From NCBI GenBank assembly GCA_017499595.2, contig CM039003.1, forward strand, positions 1,240,001-1,304,000: a stretch of 64,000 nucleotides of DNA. The letters are read 5' to 3'. The notes under the pieces are model-generated. The model saw only the letters and a program-made list of their open reading frames with translations. It ran no database searches and was not told where the DNA came from. Below are positions 22,976-39,600 of this stretch, piece by piece. A program made the position numbers and the translations under genes. This DNA comes from Psilocybe cubensis. Taxonomy: Eukaryota. The stretch's first letter is position 1. The number at the start of each line of letters is the position of its first letter.

Positions 22976-25024
22976 TCACCTAGGCGCCAACCACGCCGCA
23001 CCGCGTTTGCACGCGACGACTCTGCCCGCCTTGATCGTCGTGCGCTCGAACGGCGGGTTAAGCACCGCGCTCTGTAGCGAGGCGCGTTTGTGAAGGATGA
23101 CAAAGTCGGCGGTGTCCCCGATGGACGGCGTCAGATCGCGCGGAGTTGGGTTTAGGTAGGGGAGGTCGAGGCCCATCGCGCGTTTGGAGGTGAGTGTGAC
23201 GGAGCGCTGGGAAGGGTAGTGTTAGTACGATGTTGGGTGGTAGGGTAGGGTATGGTAATAGTTAGAATTGGTCATTGAGGAAATGGGGATTAGGGAGGGG
23301 GTTTGCAGGATTGGAAAGCGGTGAAACAAATTGATCCTGCAAGGATGTGGCAAGTCCACGCCAGCCCTGTACTTGTCAATTACAACCCCACAGAGGCTAA
23401 TATCCCATTACTCGTGCAAAACGAAAAGAAAAGGATGTATATGGCAAGATATATGCGACCTACCACCAAACTTCGAATAGCAGCGGGAGTAGCCGCCTGG
23501 AAGACGCCTACCCCAAACGTACACAAGGACAGCGGATCGAGCGAGCCCTGGGGCGTAAACGCGTTCTCGACGTTATTGACCGACATAGCAATCTCAATAC
23601 CGTATTTCTCGTGCAGATACGGCACGCGCAGGGTGCCCCGCGGCGCGCCTAGGGGAGCGTCCCAGAAGGACCGCCCTTGCATGTACATATCGGACTGGGG
23701 CAGCCCCACAAACACGATGGGCAGGTCAGATATGGCGTCGATAAGCGCACGCCACTGCTCTGGCGAGAATAACTGCAAACGCGTCGCGTGCCCTATGGTG
23801 ATGCGCGGACAAGGACGTTTGCTGGGAGAGGTGGTGTGACTAATTGGGGCGTCCGCTGCGTCCTCGGCGTCGATGCTCGACCTGGAACTGCTGACCATAG
23901 CCTGCTGCGAACCGTCCGGATCTCCGCGCGGTGTAGTCTGGTATCGCTTTTTGGCCTGTGCTATTACTTCATAAATGAGCGGTTCGGACTCTGGGTCGAG
24001 GTTATAGTCCAGGTGGAAGTCGACGTGATCAATGCCCCGCGCGTCCGCGATGTCAAAGATGAGCCCAACATTCATTTTGGCCTGCGCGATACTGGGCTCC
24101 ACGTACGGCGCGGAGCCGACGACGCTAACACCATGGCGTAGAGACGCCTCCTCCAGAAGCTCGAAATTGCGACCTGGTTTCCGATGATCCACAGAACCCC
24201 CAGAATCGAAGAGCGGTTCCTGGGCAAATACTGCAAGTGGATTGCTATATCAGTCCGCAACCCCCCTCGACACGGAAGGGATGAAATGAGAACGAGGATT
24301 AAATCGCGCACTGGCTATCTGCACGTCACAATGCGCGCGGTACTCGCGCTGGAGCGTCAGCGCGGCTTCGAGGCAGGCGAATCCGACCGAGGTGTCTATT
24401 TCGACGTGTGCGCGTATGGCTGTTACGCCATGTTCGACGCTTTCCTCGATTATGCGTGCCCCGCGGGCATGCAGGTCTTCCAGCCGTTTAGGAAATTCCG
24501 ATTTTGCAGCCTTTGTGACCTGCATGGCTTCCCGGAAATCGCTGCGCATGATTCAAATATGTAACGGTAGGAGTTAGTACCCATTGCTCAGTTTGAACAA
24601 AGAAACAAAAAAAAGATGCCCCAGGTGGAACCTTACCCGTCAACGAGGTCCCCACATTGGTCTAGAATGAAGCACTTGTCGAGATGAATGTGTGAGTGGC
24701 AGAACCTCGAGCTTTCGGGTAAATCGACATATTGCATTAACTGCTATGTAAAGGCTGGGCTCACGAGGGCAACACCAAGCCGCCTTGTGCATCCACCGCT
24801 GTGCAAGTAGATGGATCCCTAGACTCGGGTGTTCCAACTGCGTCATCATCGTCGTCGTTTGAGGATGATACTTTTACCACCCGGCCTGCGTGGATCTCTA
24901 TCGCCCATGTCTTTGACGACTCTGCCTTGTCAGCAAACGGTAGTCGCGCGTTGGTGATGATAATATTGCCGTTTGAATCATTAGCAATGGATATGTTTGA
25001 AACCCCTGGCAAAAGTTGATCCAT
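22976..25024 (-). CDS. Metallo-dependent amidohydrolase, bacterial cytosine deaminase (CodA)-like family
   Basis: VDAQGGLVLP, CHSHIHLDKCF (HxH), HGVTAIRAHVEID, VGSAPYVE, FHLD, GHAT, GDTADFVIL and TIKAGRVV motifs across spliced exons. Confidence 0.85.
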
Positions 25025-25217
25025 TCTCCGCAGTGGTCCTGATTGTGTGTGGTAAACCTACAAAACGCTGATTCATTATCAGAGGACCCTGTGGGGTTTC
25101 TGACGAGACTTCCCAACGATGGTACAGCGTGCGATCGCTCCGGACCGTTGCAAGAGAAAGGGGCCAGCGTGGGGGTTTCGCCACACTGGGCAATTTGCTG
25201 CAATTGGCGACGCCTCA

Positions 25218-25563
25218 CACGCCGGACAAAAATGCTGACCAGTTAGCCTGGGTGTTGTCCTGACCAGTGACGTGACTAGTACCGTGACCGATTACATAGT
25301 GTCACAAATATGTTGTCACGCTAGTTCATTATTAGTAGGCTCGACAGTAAATGGCAAATTACTTGATTGTCTTGCGTTGGAACTCAGTGCGTAGTAAGAA
25401 GAAATACTAAACAATCAAGTAATATGTTATTTACTGTTGAGCCTACTAATAATGAATTAGCGTGACAATGTATGTGTGACACTATGTAGTTGGTCACGGT
25501 ACTAGTCACGTCACTGGTCAGGACAACACCCAGGCTAACTGGTCAGCATTTTTGTCCGGCGTG
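25218..25563. mobile_element. 346-bp non-autonomous foldback MITE, CACTA/CMC-like
   Basis: 153-bp terminal inverted repeats (25218-25370 and 25411-25563; first 72 bp perfect, 10 mismatches in total), a 40-bp spacer, CAC…GTG termini and a 3-bp target-site duplication TCA (25215-25217, 25564-25566). Confidence 0.92.
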
Positions 25564-28500
25564 TCATGTTCAAGGCCCTTCAACACATGTCCAAGTAGAG
25601 AAGTTATAGGTCCAGATAGCCGTCATATGGTCTTGCACAACGAGGCAAGTATTGATTTCTTCTCCGGTGCGGGCTGATTGATAAGATGAAATATGCGGTC
25701 AATAAGGATGAGAAGAAAACAGTTGTGTTGGGTTATTGAAGGTGGTGGTGGCGAGTGGGCATCAGTGGCCCTTTGATTACCGCGCGGTGCCGCGTGTCTG
25801 TTCTTCTGACCACAACCACAACCATCGGCCTTTACCTCAGGTTCAATAAAAAAGTTCATGCACCACCACGAAATCATCGCCAAAAGGAACAATGCGTACT
25901 CTTTGGAGAACCTCCACGCCCGTCTCCCCCCTGTCAAGGAACAGTCGCTTATTTAGGCACCCTCAAAGAACTAAAACACGAGGCAGAATGCACTAAATTC
26001 CTTCGATGGTTGGCATTGGCGTACGCATACGACACTGCAGCAGTGCTATTGGCAATAGATTCCAAGGCTTCACAGCCGAATACGGGAAATCTTTTGTTGG
26101 ATGGAAGATTTCTTTTCGCTCATGGGCTGTCAGGCGAGGCGCTGAAGCTTGCCATGCTACTGCCACGACGTGGGCTTGTCCTACAACTTTCCTTTCTTGT
26201 GATCCATCTCGGCTCGGGGATTGGATTTACTTTGCTCCATTTCCTAGCAAGACTATTACCAATAAAACACGCGGCTCCGGAGGTTGAAGTTTTTGATATC
26301 GGAATGCATCGAGGTGAGTGTGATCTGTGTTAGTTCCATGGACATGATCTAGCCACGATGAGGGCACCCGTTTTCAACACAGGGTCATATCAGACAAATA
26401 TAGCGGAATATCAGGTTCGCGGGAAGGGTAAGCGCGTGTGCTGGATGCATTATGGATACACAGGACGCAAAAAAATTCTGTATGCAGGGCGACAACGAGG
26501 TCGATAAGTAAATGTATCACTAATTCAATTTTCGATTGGAGTTGAATGGTAAGCTCGAAATCTAATGAACAAGCTTCATCGGACCACGGTTGTCACTCCA
26601 AGGGTGTCTGGCAAGACAAATATACCTTCGCATTCACAAACATAACCGATGCTCAAAGGCTTGCGAAACGTTACTTCCCACTTGATGTCTCTGACATTCA
26701 GTCTACCAAGAGGTACTTATATTTACCCCACACACCGTGCCAAAGTAAGCATAACTAAGCTCAAACCGTATTTGTTAGATGATGCCTCCGACCAGGCGTT
26801 CCCGAATTGCCTTTCCAGACAAGGTTAGACAAATAAAAGTACACTTTCACTTTTACTCACAATTTCTACAATGCTCTAGAATGTTAGTAAACGTTCCGGG
26901 ACTGCGTCGCACCGCGCCGCTCATCCGGTCATCCTGTACGTACATGAAGACAGTCGCGGTGCTAGCAGCTGCTAGTTGTTACATCTCGGGCCCCAATAAG
27001 CATCATCGCCCATGAATTTCCCCATGACTCATGATCTCCAACACGTTCGGGGGTGACTTCGTCGAAAGCTACGCCAGTCCATCAAGTGTCCTCTGTCATG
27101 CAAGTATGGCAAACCCCTCGAAGAAATTTCCGTAACAAGCTAAAGCTTATCATCCACTGCCAGATAGCACTCATCGTTTAATTATCGGTAGAGTCCTATC
27201 TCTCTCACTGTGATAACAATTGACTATCAATATGCTCCTTATGAAACCAAGTTTAATACCGCTCTCTGCCGGTGCAAGGAAGGACTTGCTACGGGTCTTC
27301 ACTCTCCAGGAAGCCGTTTTGGCCGGGTGAAGCTCGTGAACTTATCGCGTCCAATAATTGTTTTAGGGCCGCCGTGCGCAACCGAGCCATAGGATTTCAT
27401 CATCCCATTCAAATTCTTTGCACCTCCCGCCTTGAGGAAGCGCATTCAAATCACTTCGATATTGTTTGCGATATTTGAAAGGATGGACACATGACAAGCC
27501 AGTGGCCAAATTTCGACTTGGTATTTCATTTCTTTTTGACTGGTAACTCTCGCAACATTTCATTTCGTCGCTCCAACGACCGCTTTCAGTCTAATGGCAT
27601 CTATTCACGACACTGGAGTCAGACGGGACCGTGAAAGTTCATTTGGCATTGAATGAGCTAGGCACCTCGCGGTGCCACAGAGTTCTTGGTTTAGAAACTC
27701 CTTCCAAAGGCACTGTGTTCTCCGTCCTGAAAGTAATTTTGAACCCAGCAGTTTTCCCCCGACTGTCCTTCTAATCAATTCCATTTGATTCGCTCATTTC
27801 ACCACTTGCCTATTGCGCAAGGGTTCTGAAATCCCCGAGGTGCCTCTCTTGCCTTGCCGAATCCCTTAACCTTTCGTATCTAGTATGGAGAACACACGCC
27901 ATGATGTTCTCACCACGAAAGACACCTCACCAGCGGCAGATGGGCCTTTTTGTGCTAATGTTACACGTATTCGGGCCAGCTTTACCTTGATGAGCGAAAT
28001 CAATCATATCATTAGAATTATATCCACCTACCGCCCTCCACCGTGCCCCCGTCCCTCGTCTCTCACTGTCAAATCTACTATATGTAAGTACGTATATCTT
28101 GCACCTATATTCGTCTGAGAATACCTCGGAATTACGACGTACAAGCTCTGGGGCAGTTTTGCTCATACCTGGTGAGCACGGCCTAGCAGGGCATTTGCAG
28201 GAGTTTTCCTTTTCGCCATCTTCTTTTTCTGACGTATACTTAAATTACGGCCGCACATATATATCTCGCTGTATGATATATCCCCGGAGTCCGAAAGACG
28301 GCTGAAACTTTGGTATGCATTTATGGCATTTCTCGAAATAAGTCTAAACTGTATTCAAAAAAGCTGCCACGGCAAGTTTATCTTTTCCAATCCAACCCCC
28401 ATCTTTTTCCGCTTTTGATCAGGGCTTCTCTTGTCATTTGGTTAGCAGTCTTGAGTGGCAGCAGCCCACCAGGCAGGATTCAGAAATGGGCAGGGCAGCA

Positions 28501-30403
28501 CCAGCGGAGAATGACAAATCGGTGGTGGCTTCGCCTGTGAAAAAAATGACGATGGCAGGCATTGATCAAACGGAATGCAATTGAGAATCTACTCTGGAAG
28601 GCCGCAGCAGCAGCCTGCTGCCCATGGGCCACGAATCTAATCAATGTATCAGTCCAACAAAAGAAGAAGAACGAAACTCGAGGAACCCGCCCATGGAGTG
28701 ACCAATGTGAAAAATGGCATCAGCGGAGAAACACCACTGAGAAAACATCAGAATTCTGGGTTCGTACCTTCCATGTTCCATCTGCTATCCACTGCATTTA
28801 GTGGGTACCGTGCTTGCGCGCGTTCCCCTCGCTAGTTAATCGATCAATTTCTTCCGTCATCTCGCGTCGAGCCATCGAAGGTTTTTGGAACGGGAGTGTG
28901 AGAGAATCGAACGGCACAAACTCGAAAATTAAAACACACACCCCGTCCGTTCCTCTCTCTCAAGCTTCAAGTGCCATGGATGATTTCATTCGGACGAATC
29001 GGAGGTAAGGGGAACATGGGTTTTTTACCCTTGGTTTGCACCTTCTTTATGTGTCCAGATGTATATGGGCATTGACACCACCGCATTGCACCGTATGTGT
29101 GAACATTCAAAGGATACGTAACACCTCGCTTTTAAATTCGAGAAAGTCTGGAATTCCATCGAAGTCAACGCTTGCAGCTCCTTACACGTCCAAAAACACA
29201 CTAGATAGATATCAATGAATTTGCAAAAAAAAAAATCTCTATATGCATTGCATAATGTCACAGTGGATGAGAGGAATGGGATACAGGATGTAATAACATA
29301 ACATAACATAACGAACAAGAAGAGGAAAAAAAGCGACGAAAGAGGTGAAAACTAAAAACGAACAAAAAGGAAAATAATTGGACAGACTTGGAAACGATTT
29401 GCAAAAAAGGTGCGTAAAGTAGGCTTAGTGACAACTAATGTAAAGTGACTTAGCGAGAAAGAGAAAGCTGAGGGTACCGAATAAAAACGGGAAGGAGAGA
29501 GAGAAGAAAAGTATAGCCAAAACAGAAAGCCCGACAACGATGTTCTCAAGAATGAAATATGCCAGTGTATGTGTGTCCATTGGTTGCCGAGTGGGGGTAT
29601 AATAATTGAATGAGAGAAGACAATGGAGAAAAAAAAGAAAAAAAAAACAGGTAGGAATAGAAGACAAGGTTTTGTGCATCAGATGCATGGGGAGTATTTA
29701 TAATGACAAGGATGTTTCTGTTACTGTACTGCTTCTGATTTATTTCTTTGTTTCTGACGATTGATCTTGTTGTGCTTGTGTGCTGTGTGGCGTGTGGGTG
29801 TGTGCTTTTAAGGTTACGGTTGTATGTTGTATGATGGATGCTGCGTTATGCAAGCGTGCTTTATGCGGATGGGAGGAATATGAGATGTATGGTGCGGGAG
29901 CGGTACGGGTAATGACGAAGTCAAAAGTCGACTGGAATGACCGGATGATCGTATGCAATAGTGTAGAACTGTGAGGGAAAGAAGGGTTCAGAAATGCGGC
30001 ATGTGCGAAAAGAAACAGTCAGGGTTCTGAGAACGTGTGGAACGTGGAATATGAATGGATGTGTCGCTCGTGGATATGTGCAGGACGTGAGAGTCGGGAT
30101 AAAGACATTTTGTAGGCGCATGAAGTTCGGGAGGAGAGTGGAGCCCGATCTCGTGAGAGATGAAGGGAAAAAAGGAAGAGAAGGAAGAGGAAGAGGAAGA
30201 AAAAAGTTGTAACGTCAAGGCTTGGTATTGGCCTGGCGAGAATGTGTGGGTGAGGATGAACTGTTTTCGAACTGGGCAGAAGTTTCGTCGACGAGGTCGA
30301 AACTCAATGGTCTTTGCGAACCATTCCGTTGCCGCGTTAGATGGCGAGTAAGAGCAAGATGATCATTGCCAAAATTAAGCCGTCTCAGCTGCCGCACTAG
30401 GCA

Positions 30404-33271
30404 CTACGTCGTAGGGAAGAACCCATCACCTTCGTACAGCGGCAAATGCGTATTTAGGTGAATCAGCGCAAGGCGCGCTGCGTCCTCTGCAACGCGGCGT
30501 ATCTCATCGGCAACGCTCTCCATCCCCGCCGCCTGCACCACGCTGCCAAGCTGTGCCGGAGTCGTGGCCATCATCGGGGATGACGACGCGGACGAGAGCG
30601 TGGCGGATGAGGAAAGATCTATGCCCGTTGACGGTGTGGATGACGACGACGATGACGCAGAGCAAGGAGATGGATACGCGAGGCACACAACCGCGTCGAA
30701 CACCACATCGCGCATGCGCCTGTGGAGGAGCGTCGCAAGCGGTGCGCCTGCGCGCATGTTCGTTGCTGCCCAGCGCTGTGCCACGCCGAGCAAAGCCGGG
30801 TCAGGGGCCTCGCCTCCTGCAACCGTAGCACTGGTGCTACTTGCGTCACTGGCCAAGTGCGAAACAGGGTGCTGCAACCGCCGCCGCGTTTCGCATGCCC
30901 GCTTCGCAATCTGCAGCACAAGGGCCTCCTTTACCTCCTTCATTTGCTCCGCATCTTTGCTGGATGCGTCGGAATCCGAAGGCGAAGGAGATGCATCCAA
31001 ACACCCTGCCAGACACGCTGGTCCGATATCTTTGATCTCCCTCTTCAATTTCACCATGTCCGCCTGCACCACCTTCTCCCTCCTTATTTGCGAAAGTGGG
31101 GAAGTTGATGAGTCCGAACCAGGGTTGAACACTAGCTGCCGGAAGAGGAGCATAAACATATACAGCGCGGTCGCGCTGGCGGCTTCTTGCCCGAGCGGCT
31201 GTATGCGCGTTTTATCGAGGTAGAGCGTCTCAGGGAGGGCAAAACCCCCTGCGCTGGGACTGGTCGGGGATGTCGGTGATGTAGGCGCTGAAGAGCATAC
31301 TGGAGATGGAGATGGGTCTGCGGGAGAGACAGGCGATAATGGTGGGCTGCTGCTGTTGGAAGTGCTAGAGGATGAGGATGCCTCAGCATCAAATATCAAA
31401 TCCACAACGCCCTTAAGTGCGGTAAGATATATTTGCTGGTTCCTATTCAGGTCCTTGTAATACTTCGTCGAGCTCGTGTGACTGAGAGAGGAGGATGGAT
31501 GAGAAAGCGAAGGGGAAGTGGAAAGGAATATGGGTCGCGGGCGCTCGAGGAGCGAGTGGTGTGCGGCATGTAGCCAACGGCGGGTATGGTGAAGTGAAGC
31601 GTCGGCACCAAACCGGATTTTGAACGCCTTGACCTCGAACATGCCGGTGTTGCGCAGGAGCCATGGGCGTAGTTGCGTCAATTGGTGGTTTGCAATGTCC
31701 TGAAGTCCATATTAAATGACAAAAATGAAATAAGAGAAAGAGAAAGTTAAAAACTCCAGAAAGATGAGCAAAAAGTGAGTATATGCGCACCAGTTTCATA
31801 AGTTCCAAGAGCTCCAGACATGTCCTCACCGCCTTGAACGCCTCCAACCCCGGCCGCTGCGCCATCCTCACCATCTCCTCCACCGCGCCATCCCGCATTG
31901 GTGCACAATGGTGCTTGAGTGTGTCGCCAATCTGCCTGAACAAGCCTGCAGGGTCAAACACGCCATGCCGCAGCTCCTGCGCAATGAGCTCGGGGTCAAA
32001 GATCGCGCGGAGGTATGCGGCATGCGCGGAATGCTCCTGGGCCTGCTCGCGTATCGCCGACGGGTCTGTGTACACTGCCGTGTTCGACAGCGGCTGGATA
32101 ACAAACACCATCACCTCCAAAAACTCCTCAAGCAGCGCTGGGATGCGCGACGTCTGTCGCAGCGTCACGAGGTGCTCTGCGCCCGGTATGCGCATATATT
32201 GCTCTGCGGGTGACTTGGGTGGTGACACGAGCTCTTTGCCGTTGCGGAAGCGCGAGCACACGCAGATTTTAGGGAGGTGCAGGGACTCGTCCCGGGTGTC
32301 GATCGTGACGCAAGTGCACCCCGTCTGCAGCTCCTCCCACACAGCGGCCCAATACCGCTCAAAACGCTCTCGCTTTCGCCGCGGGCGGAACTGCAGCCCA
32401 GGGTCAAATAATAGATCGTGCCCTGCATATATGCGCAAAACAAAAGAGGAGATGTGAGAAATGGATCAAATTAGGGGCGTGTGCGGGGTAGCGCGAATAT
32501 GGAATTGTGAATGTGGGGAATGGAATGGAGAGAATGGCACGCACGAATGACAGGGTTGCGGAGGATAATATCCAGTTCCAGCTCTTTTAGCGTTGAGCGG
32601 TTGATGAGGGGCCTGCTCGGGGGGATACGCGGCGAGTTCAAATGTACCGGTGGAATATAGTGGGAGCGCGGCCCTTGCACTGGCACTTGCACTGGCACCG
32701 GCACTGGCACCTCGTAGCTCAAACTGCACACCGCATCGGGTGGGGAAGATGAAGAGGAGGCTGAAGCTGACTTTTGCACAACATAAGTCTCATAGAGCGG
32801 TGCTGTGCGACTGGCACTGTTGTGGTGATGGTGGTGGTGGTGGTGGTTGCGCAAAAGAGAGCCTGATGACGGGCCGGGGTCCGCGGTGGACACAATGCCA
32901 ATGTCTTCAATGTCACTGCCCTGACGCACCCCAGAAGTAAGGGGCGCGGGGAGGATTTTATGATGGTGTGCGGCTGCGCGGGTGCTGGCGGAGCGGGTGC
33001 GGGGAAGGGGACCTGGACGCTTGGTGTCGAGGGCGTCGAGACGGGGCCGCTTGGAGGAGGCAGAGGCGGAAAGGGGGCTGGATACGGAGGGGGAGGTGGG
33101 GGACGCCCAGTGGTCGTCGGCGTCGGCAGCGGGGAGCCAGGGAAGACGAGGGGTGTGGATTGGGTTTGGGTCGCGGTGGTCGTCCTGGGGGACGGTGGGC
33201 TGGTCTTGCTGGTCGGGGCAGTCGTCCTGGTCCTGTTTGCGCTTCCTGGTGGTGTGTGCAAGGTCGTCCAT
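30404..33271 (-). CDS. SOK1: TCP11-family protein (SOK1-like)
   Basis: PLINRSTLKELELDIILRNP…HDLLFDPGLQFRP, HCAPMRD and LELMKLDIANHQLTQLRP motifs; two introns. Confidence 0.88.
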
Positions 33272-33846
33272 GGGGCTGGAAAGGGCGAATATGTTTCTGG
33301 GCGGGAGTATATAAGAGTGTGAACACATGGTATATTTCCCAAGAATGGACACAAGACAGGGCGTGTGGCCCATCACATTCACACTAAAATGCAACGCGAC
33401 ACCCACCACTCCCCAACCGAGATTCCTCCAAACATCCCTAATATGTCCATATGTACACGCCTCGAGGTACTCCGGAGATCACCTCTTTACCTCCGTAAAA
33501 GAAAGAAAAGATATTCTCCAATTGCAAAACACATCCACCAACGCCGACAACAACTCCTAAACAGGCTGCCACCGTCCCCGGGCCACACTTCTCCTCTCGC
33601 TACCGAGCTCCTTTCATATCGGGCGAATCTCTCCTCCCACGTTTTATGCCCTCTGACAGCCATCCAGCGGGAAATGAATCAACATACTTTCTGACATATC
33701 TGCACATACCGTAACCTCCCACCAAATTCAATAAATCCACTTCAATTAGGGGCTAGCAGACATACGGCCTAGCTTCATTCATGTTTTCTAATCAATGCAT
33801 AAGCAATTCCCGTCCATGTCCTGCCATAATCCATTATGTACTTCAA

Positions 33847-36273
<2,427 letters not shown>

Positions 36274-36682
36274 CGTTGTCTGCTTTCCTTCTTCACAAAA
36301 AAAACCGCTACTTGAACACTAGCCGGCGGAACGGGGCAAGATCAGGTCACAGAGGGGCTCTCTCAAGCGGGAGACACTAACAGTCGAACTAGCAGTAGAC
36401 CGCGATTCAAAGCGGTGAATTTGTTATTTCTCTTTTTTGACGCGCGTGTTTTGGGTGGGTCGGGGAAGGATGACTGCGTTGGTCAAAGTGCAGCCTTAGC
36501 GCAGCAGAAGATAACGAGAAGAGGACCGTTTGCGGACACTCGTGCGTTGCTCCTGATCATCATCATAACCCCAATTTGCTCATAACAAAACTTTCCCACG
36601 CCCTTCCTTAGGAGCCAAAAGCACTTCAGCGGCCAACCTAGTATTATTTGTACAGATTAAACTTGTTGTAACAGAGAACGTG

Positions 36683-39600
36683 CTACGATGTGAAGAGCTG
36701 TATAACCTCCTTTGCAGCCTCAGTTGCAACTTCTTTATCACCCGTGGCCCTTTATAAAATGCGCGTCAACAGGAGAAGACGATAAAGGAAAGAAACAGCC
36801 GCAATAACTCACCATTCAGTCTCAAGAAGAATGTCCTCGATCGCATCGGTCTCGATACCAAAGTCCGCACTTTGCAGAAGGACATAAAGATACTCTGCGG
36901 AGTCTGATCTCACCTGCATCCAAATTCATTAGAACGCGGCCGCCCCAGCACCATATGCAATGAAGAAACTTGCCTTTGGGAATGGATGCGCAAGGAAGTC
37001 ACTAAGAAGCGATAATTTCTCGTTTCTGATTTCTTCAAAGGAAAGCAAATTAACGAAACTGCATGTAACATCAGTTTCTGAGACACATTTCCAGAAGAAT
37101 GAAACCCCGGATCTTACATCTTCATAGATTCGTGGATGCGCTGGACGCTCTTCAGTTTATCAACGTTCTTTGTTGTCATATGCACTAAAGTTTTGAGACT
37201 GCAAGAGACACGTCAATTTTCATCAATCAGGGAATGAAAAACTCGCGTAGGATACCTTTGTAGCCCTGATGGTTCATTGGGAACCTCCCGTAGGACGTCC
37301 GCCTCGAGCAAGATCGTAAAAGTTTGGAAGACAGGCACCACAATGGCGTTCGAAGTCATATTCGCTTTTGCATGGTTAATCAGGTCAGACACCAATTCCA
37401 AAAGGCTGTATCCTGTGCCAGGATTGCTGACGAGTGGTATTTCTTGTGCGTATTTCACCAGGCTGTTGGCAACAGGTTTTTGCTACGTAAAAGGTGTTAA
37501 GGAGAGTTAGGTCTATGAATGTCGAAAAGACTTACCGTGCTGTCTGTTTTACTCCCGATGCTAATGACAATGCCGGAAAGCACGTCTTTACGATACTGGG
37601 GCACTTCTAACAAGGACATGGCGCGAGGGAATAGCCAATTTCCGTCGTTCCATCCACTCTGATCAGAAGCGCTGCGCCAAACACATATCCATATTAATCC
37701 ATGATGCGCATACACGCACTGAACGAGGCAAGAAATCTCACTTTTGGAATAATGTATTCATCAAATCCAGCCCAGGCAAACGCCACCTCTCCGGTCGCTC
37801 GACCAGAGGCAAAGGGGCATTCAGAAGCCTCACAATGCTTGTACCCGCAGTTTGCCGCACATTATCGAGCCTCTCGACACCCTGCTTGAGGAGGCCAGTG
37901 GCAACAGCGTGATACTTCCCGGGCGCAAAATAGCTTTCGAAGTCGGGTAAAGATCCAGCGACGCCGAACAGAAGTTCGGCGATCCTCGTCAGACCCTGGA
38001 TGCACGCGATCCTCACCCACGAGCCCACATCACCCCGCTCATCAAGGGTATAATCATCCAGTCCAGCTAGCATGGCGTCGAGAAGCGAGTTGAAAGCATC
38101 ACTTGACAGGACTGGGAAAATTGTAAACCTTTATGAGCGGATTACCCCGTGTGGGCAACATTTTGACGACTTACGTGAAGAAAGCTGGGGTGAAATTAGG
38201 GTCAGAATCTGGGGAATGGCCTCAAAACAGCTGCGCCGGGTCTCGATATTAGCCTTTGCCTGTTGTGGAGCAAGTAAGCTGTACGATCGGTATAAAAAAT
38301 GGGCCGGAATTGCCTGACTTACCGCAGGCTTCACTGTATCCAGCAGGTAGGTAATAGCTTCAGGCAGACTTTTAGGGTGATTATTATAATTAATGACACC
38401 AAGTAACCTGGCAAGGCCTTGTTGCATGGCTGGTGGTCCTCGCTTGAGTTCAGCGATCAGTGTAGAAAAATCAAAACCTGATGTTAGTGTCGCAAAACAT
38501 TACAAAGCGCAACAAATACTCATCTAGTGATATCAGCAGAGCAATCAGTGAGGTTGCTTATTTCCTGCATCGCAAGAGCAGCAGCCTCTTGGACGAGGGT
38601 GATGCGATGCTTCAAGCCGTTGTCTACTATTTTCTTCCATCCGGGGACGGAAGATTGTGGCCCGAGGTTGATCTCAGTGATTGTGATAGAGTTAGCAATC
38701 AGACGACATGCTGCAGAAGCAACAAGCTCATTGCGGGTCGTAGTTAAGGTCTTTAGATCCACATGTTTCAAGTGTTGAAAGATCTGATGATGAACACAAT
38801 GAAATGAACATGTGTATGCGTGAAAACGTGAAAATCGTCGAAAATATGACTAACACTTCGTAAATGTTCTTCTAATGCTGAAGGATCGGACTTCGATTGT
38901 TTGTATGCAATGGCAATTTCGCTGAGAACAGTGAGGCCTCCATGCACATCAGCTGTATCTAATGACTCCAAGAGCTTCACCTATAAGCAAGTCAAAATGT
39001 AAGGCGGTGTATAACCCATACAGGAAAGTGAAAAGCTCACAGATTTCTCTATGGCCCGAGGCGCTAGCACGTGCAAATCGAGTGATATGATAAGACGTAA
39101 TGACTGTGATCCAAGTTCCCTCATTGAAAGGTCCCAGTGGCGAAGCACGACATCCAACAGGTGATCAAGGAGGAAATCCCGGTACTCGACGTGCCTTACA
39201 GCAGACAACGTAATTTAGAAGACAGTCACAGTCCTTCGAGGAATACATAACACTCACTCGGCAACCTGAGGTGCGGCGACTAAAAATGCTTGTTTCCTTA
39301 TACTAACTGCATAGAAATCTGTTTTGCCCAATACATCGATACCATGAGGGAACAGGCCCTATACATCGGTCAGCAACAAAGAAAACACTACCAAAAATGG
39401 GCTGATTAAGAAAACTACGTACAGTCCTTCCTACATGCTCTTGGAACGCTGCACTGGCAGCACGGCGAATATGAATCTCTCGATCATAAAGGGCAACTGC
39501 AGTAAGACGCTGAGCCAGGTTTGTCGCATGAGGAACCAACGCTGTCTGATCTTGTGTTCTCGCAAGCGCCCACAAAACATAAGCCGCAGCATCTCGGACG

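Noticed and set aside
25755-28900. 192-aa ORF and many short ORFs between the MITE and SOK1
   Set aside because: There are no recognisable motifs or coherent exon chain, so I treated the region as intergenic.
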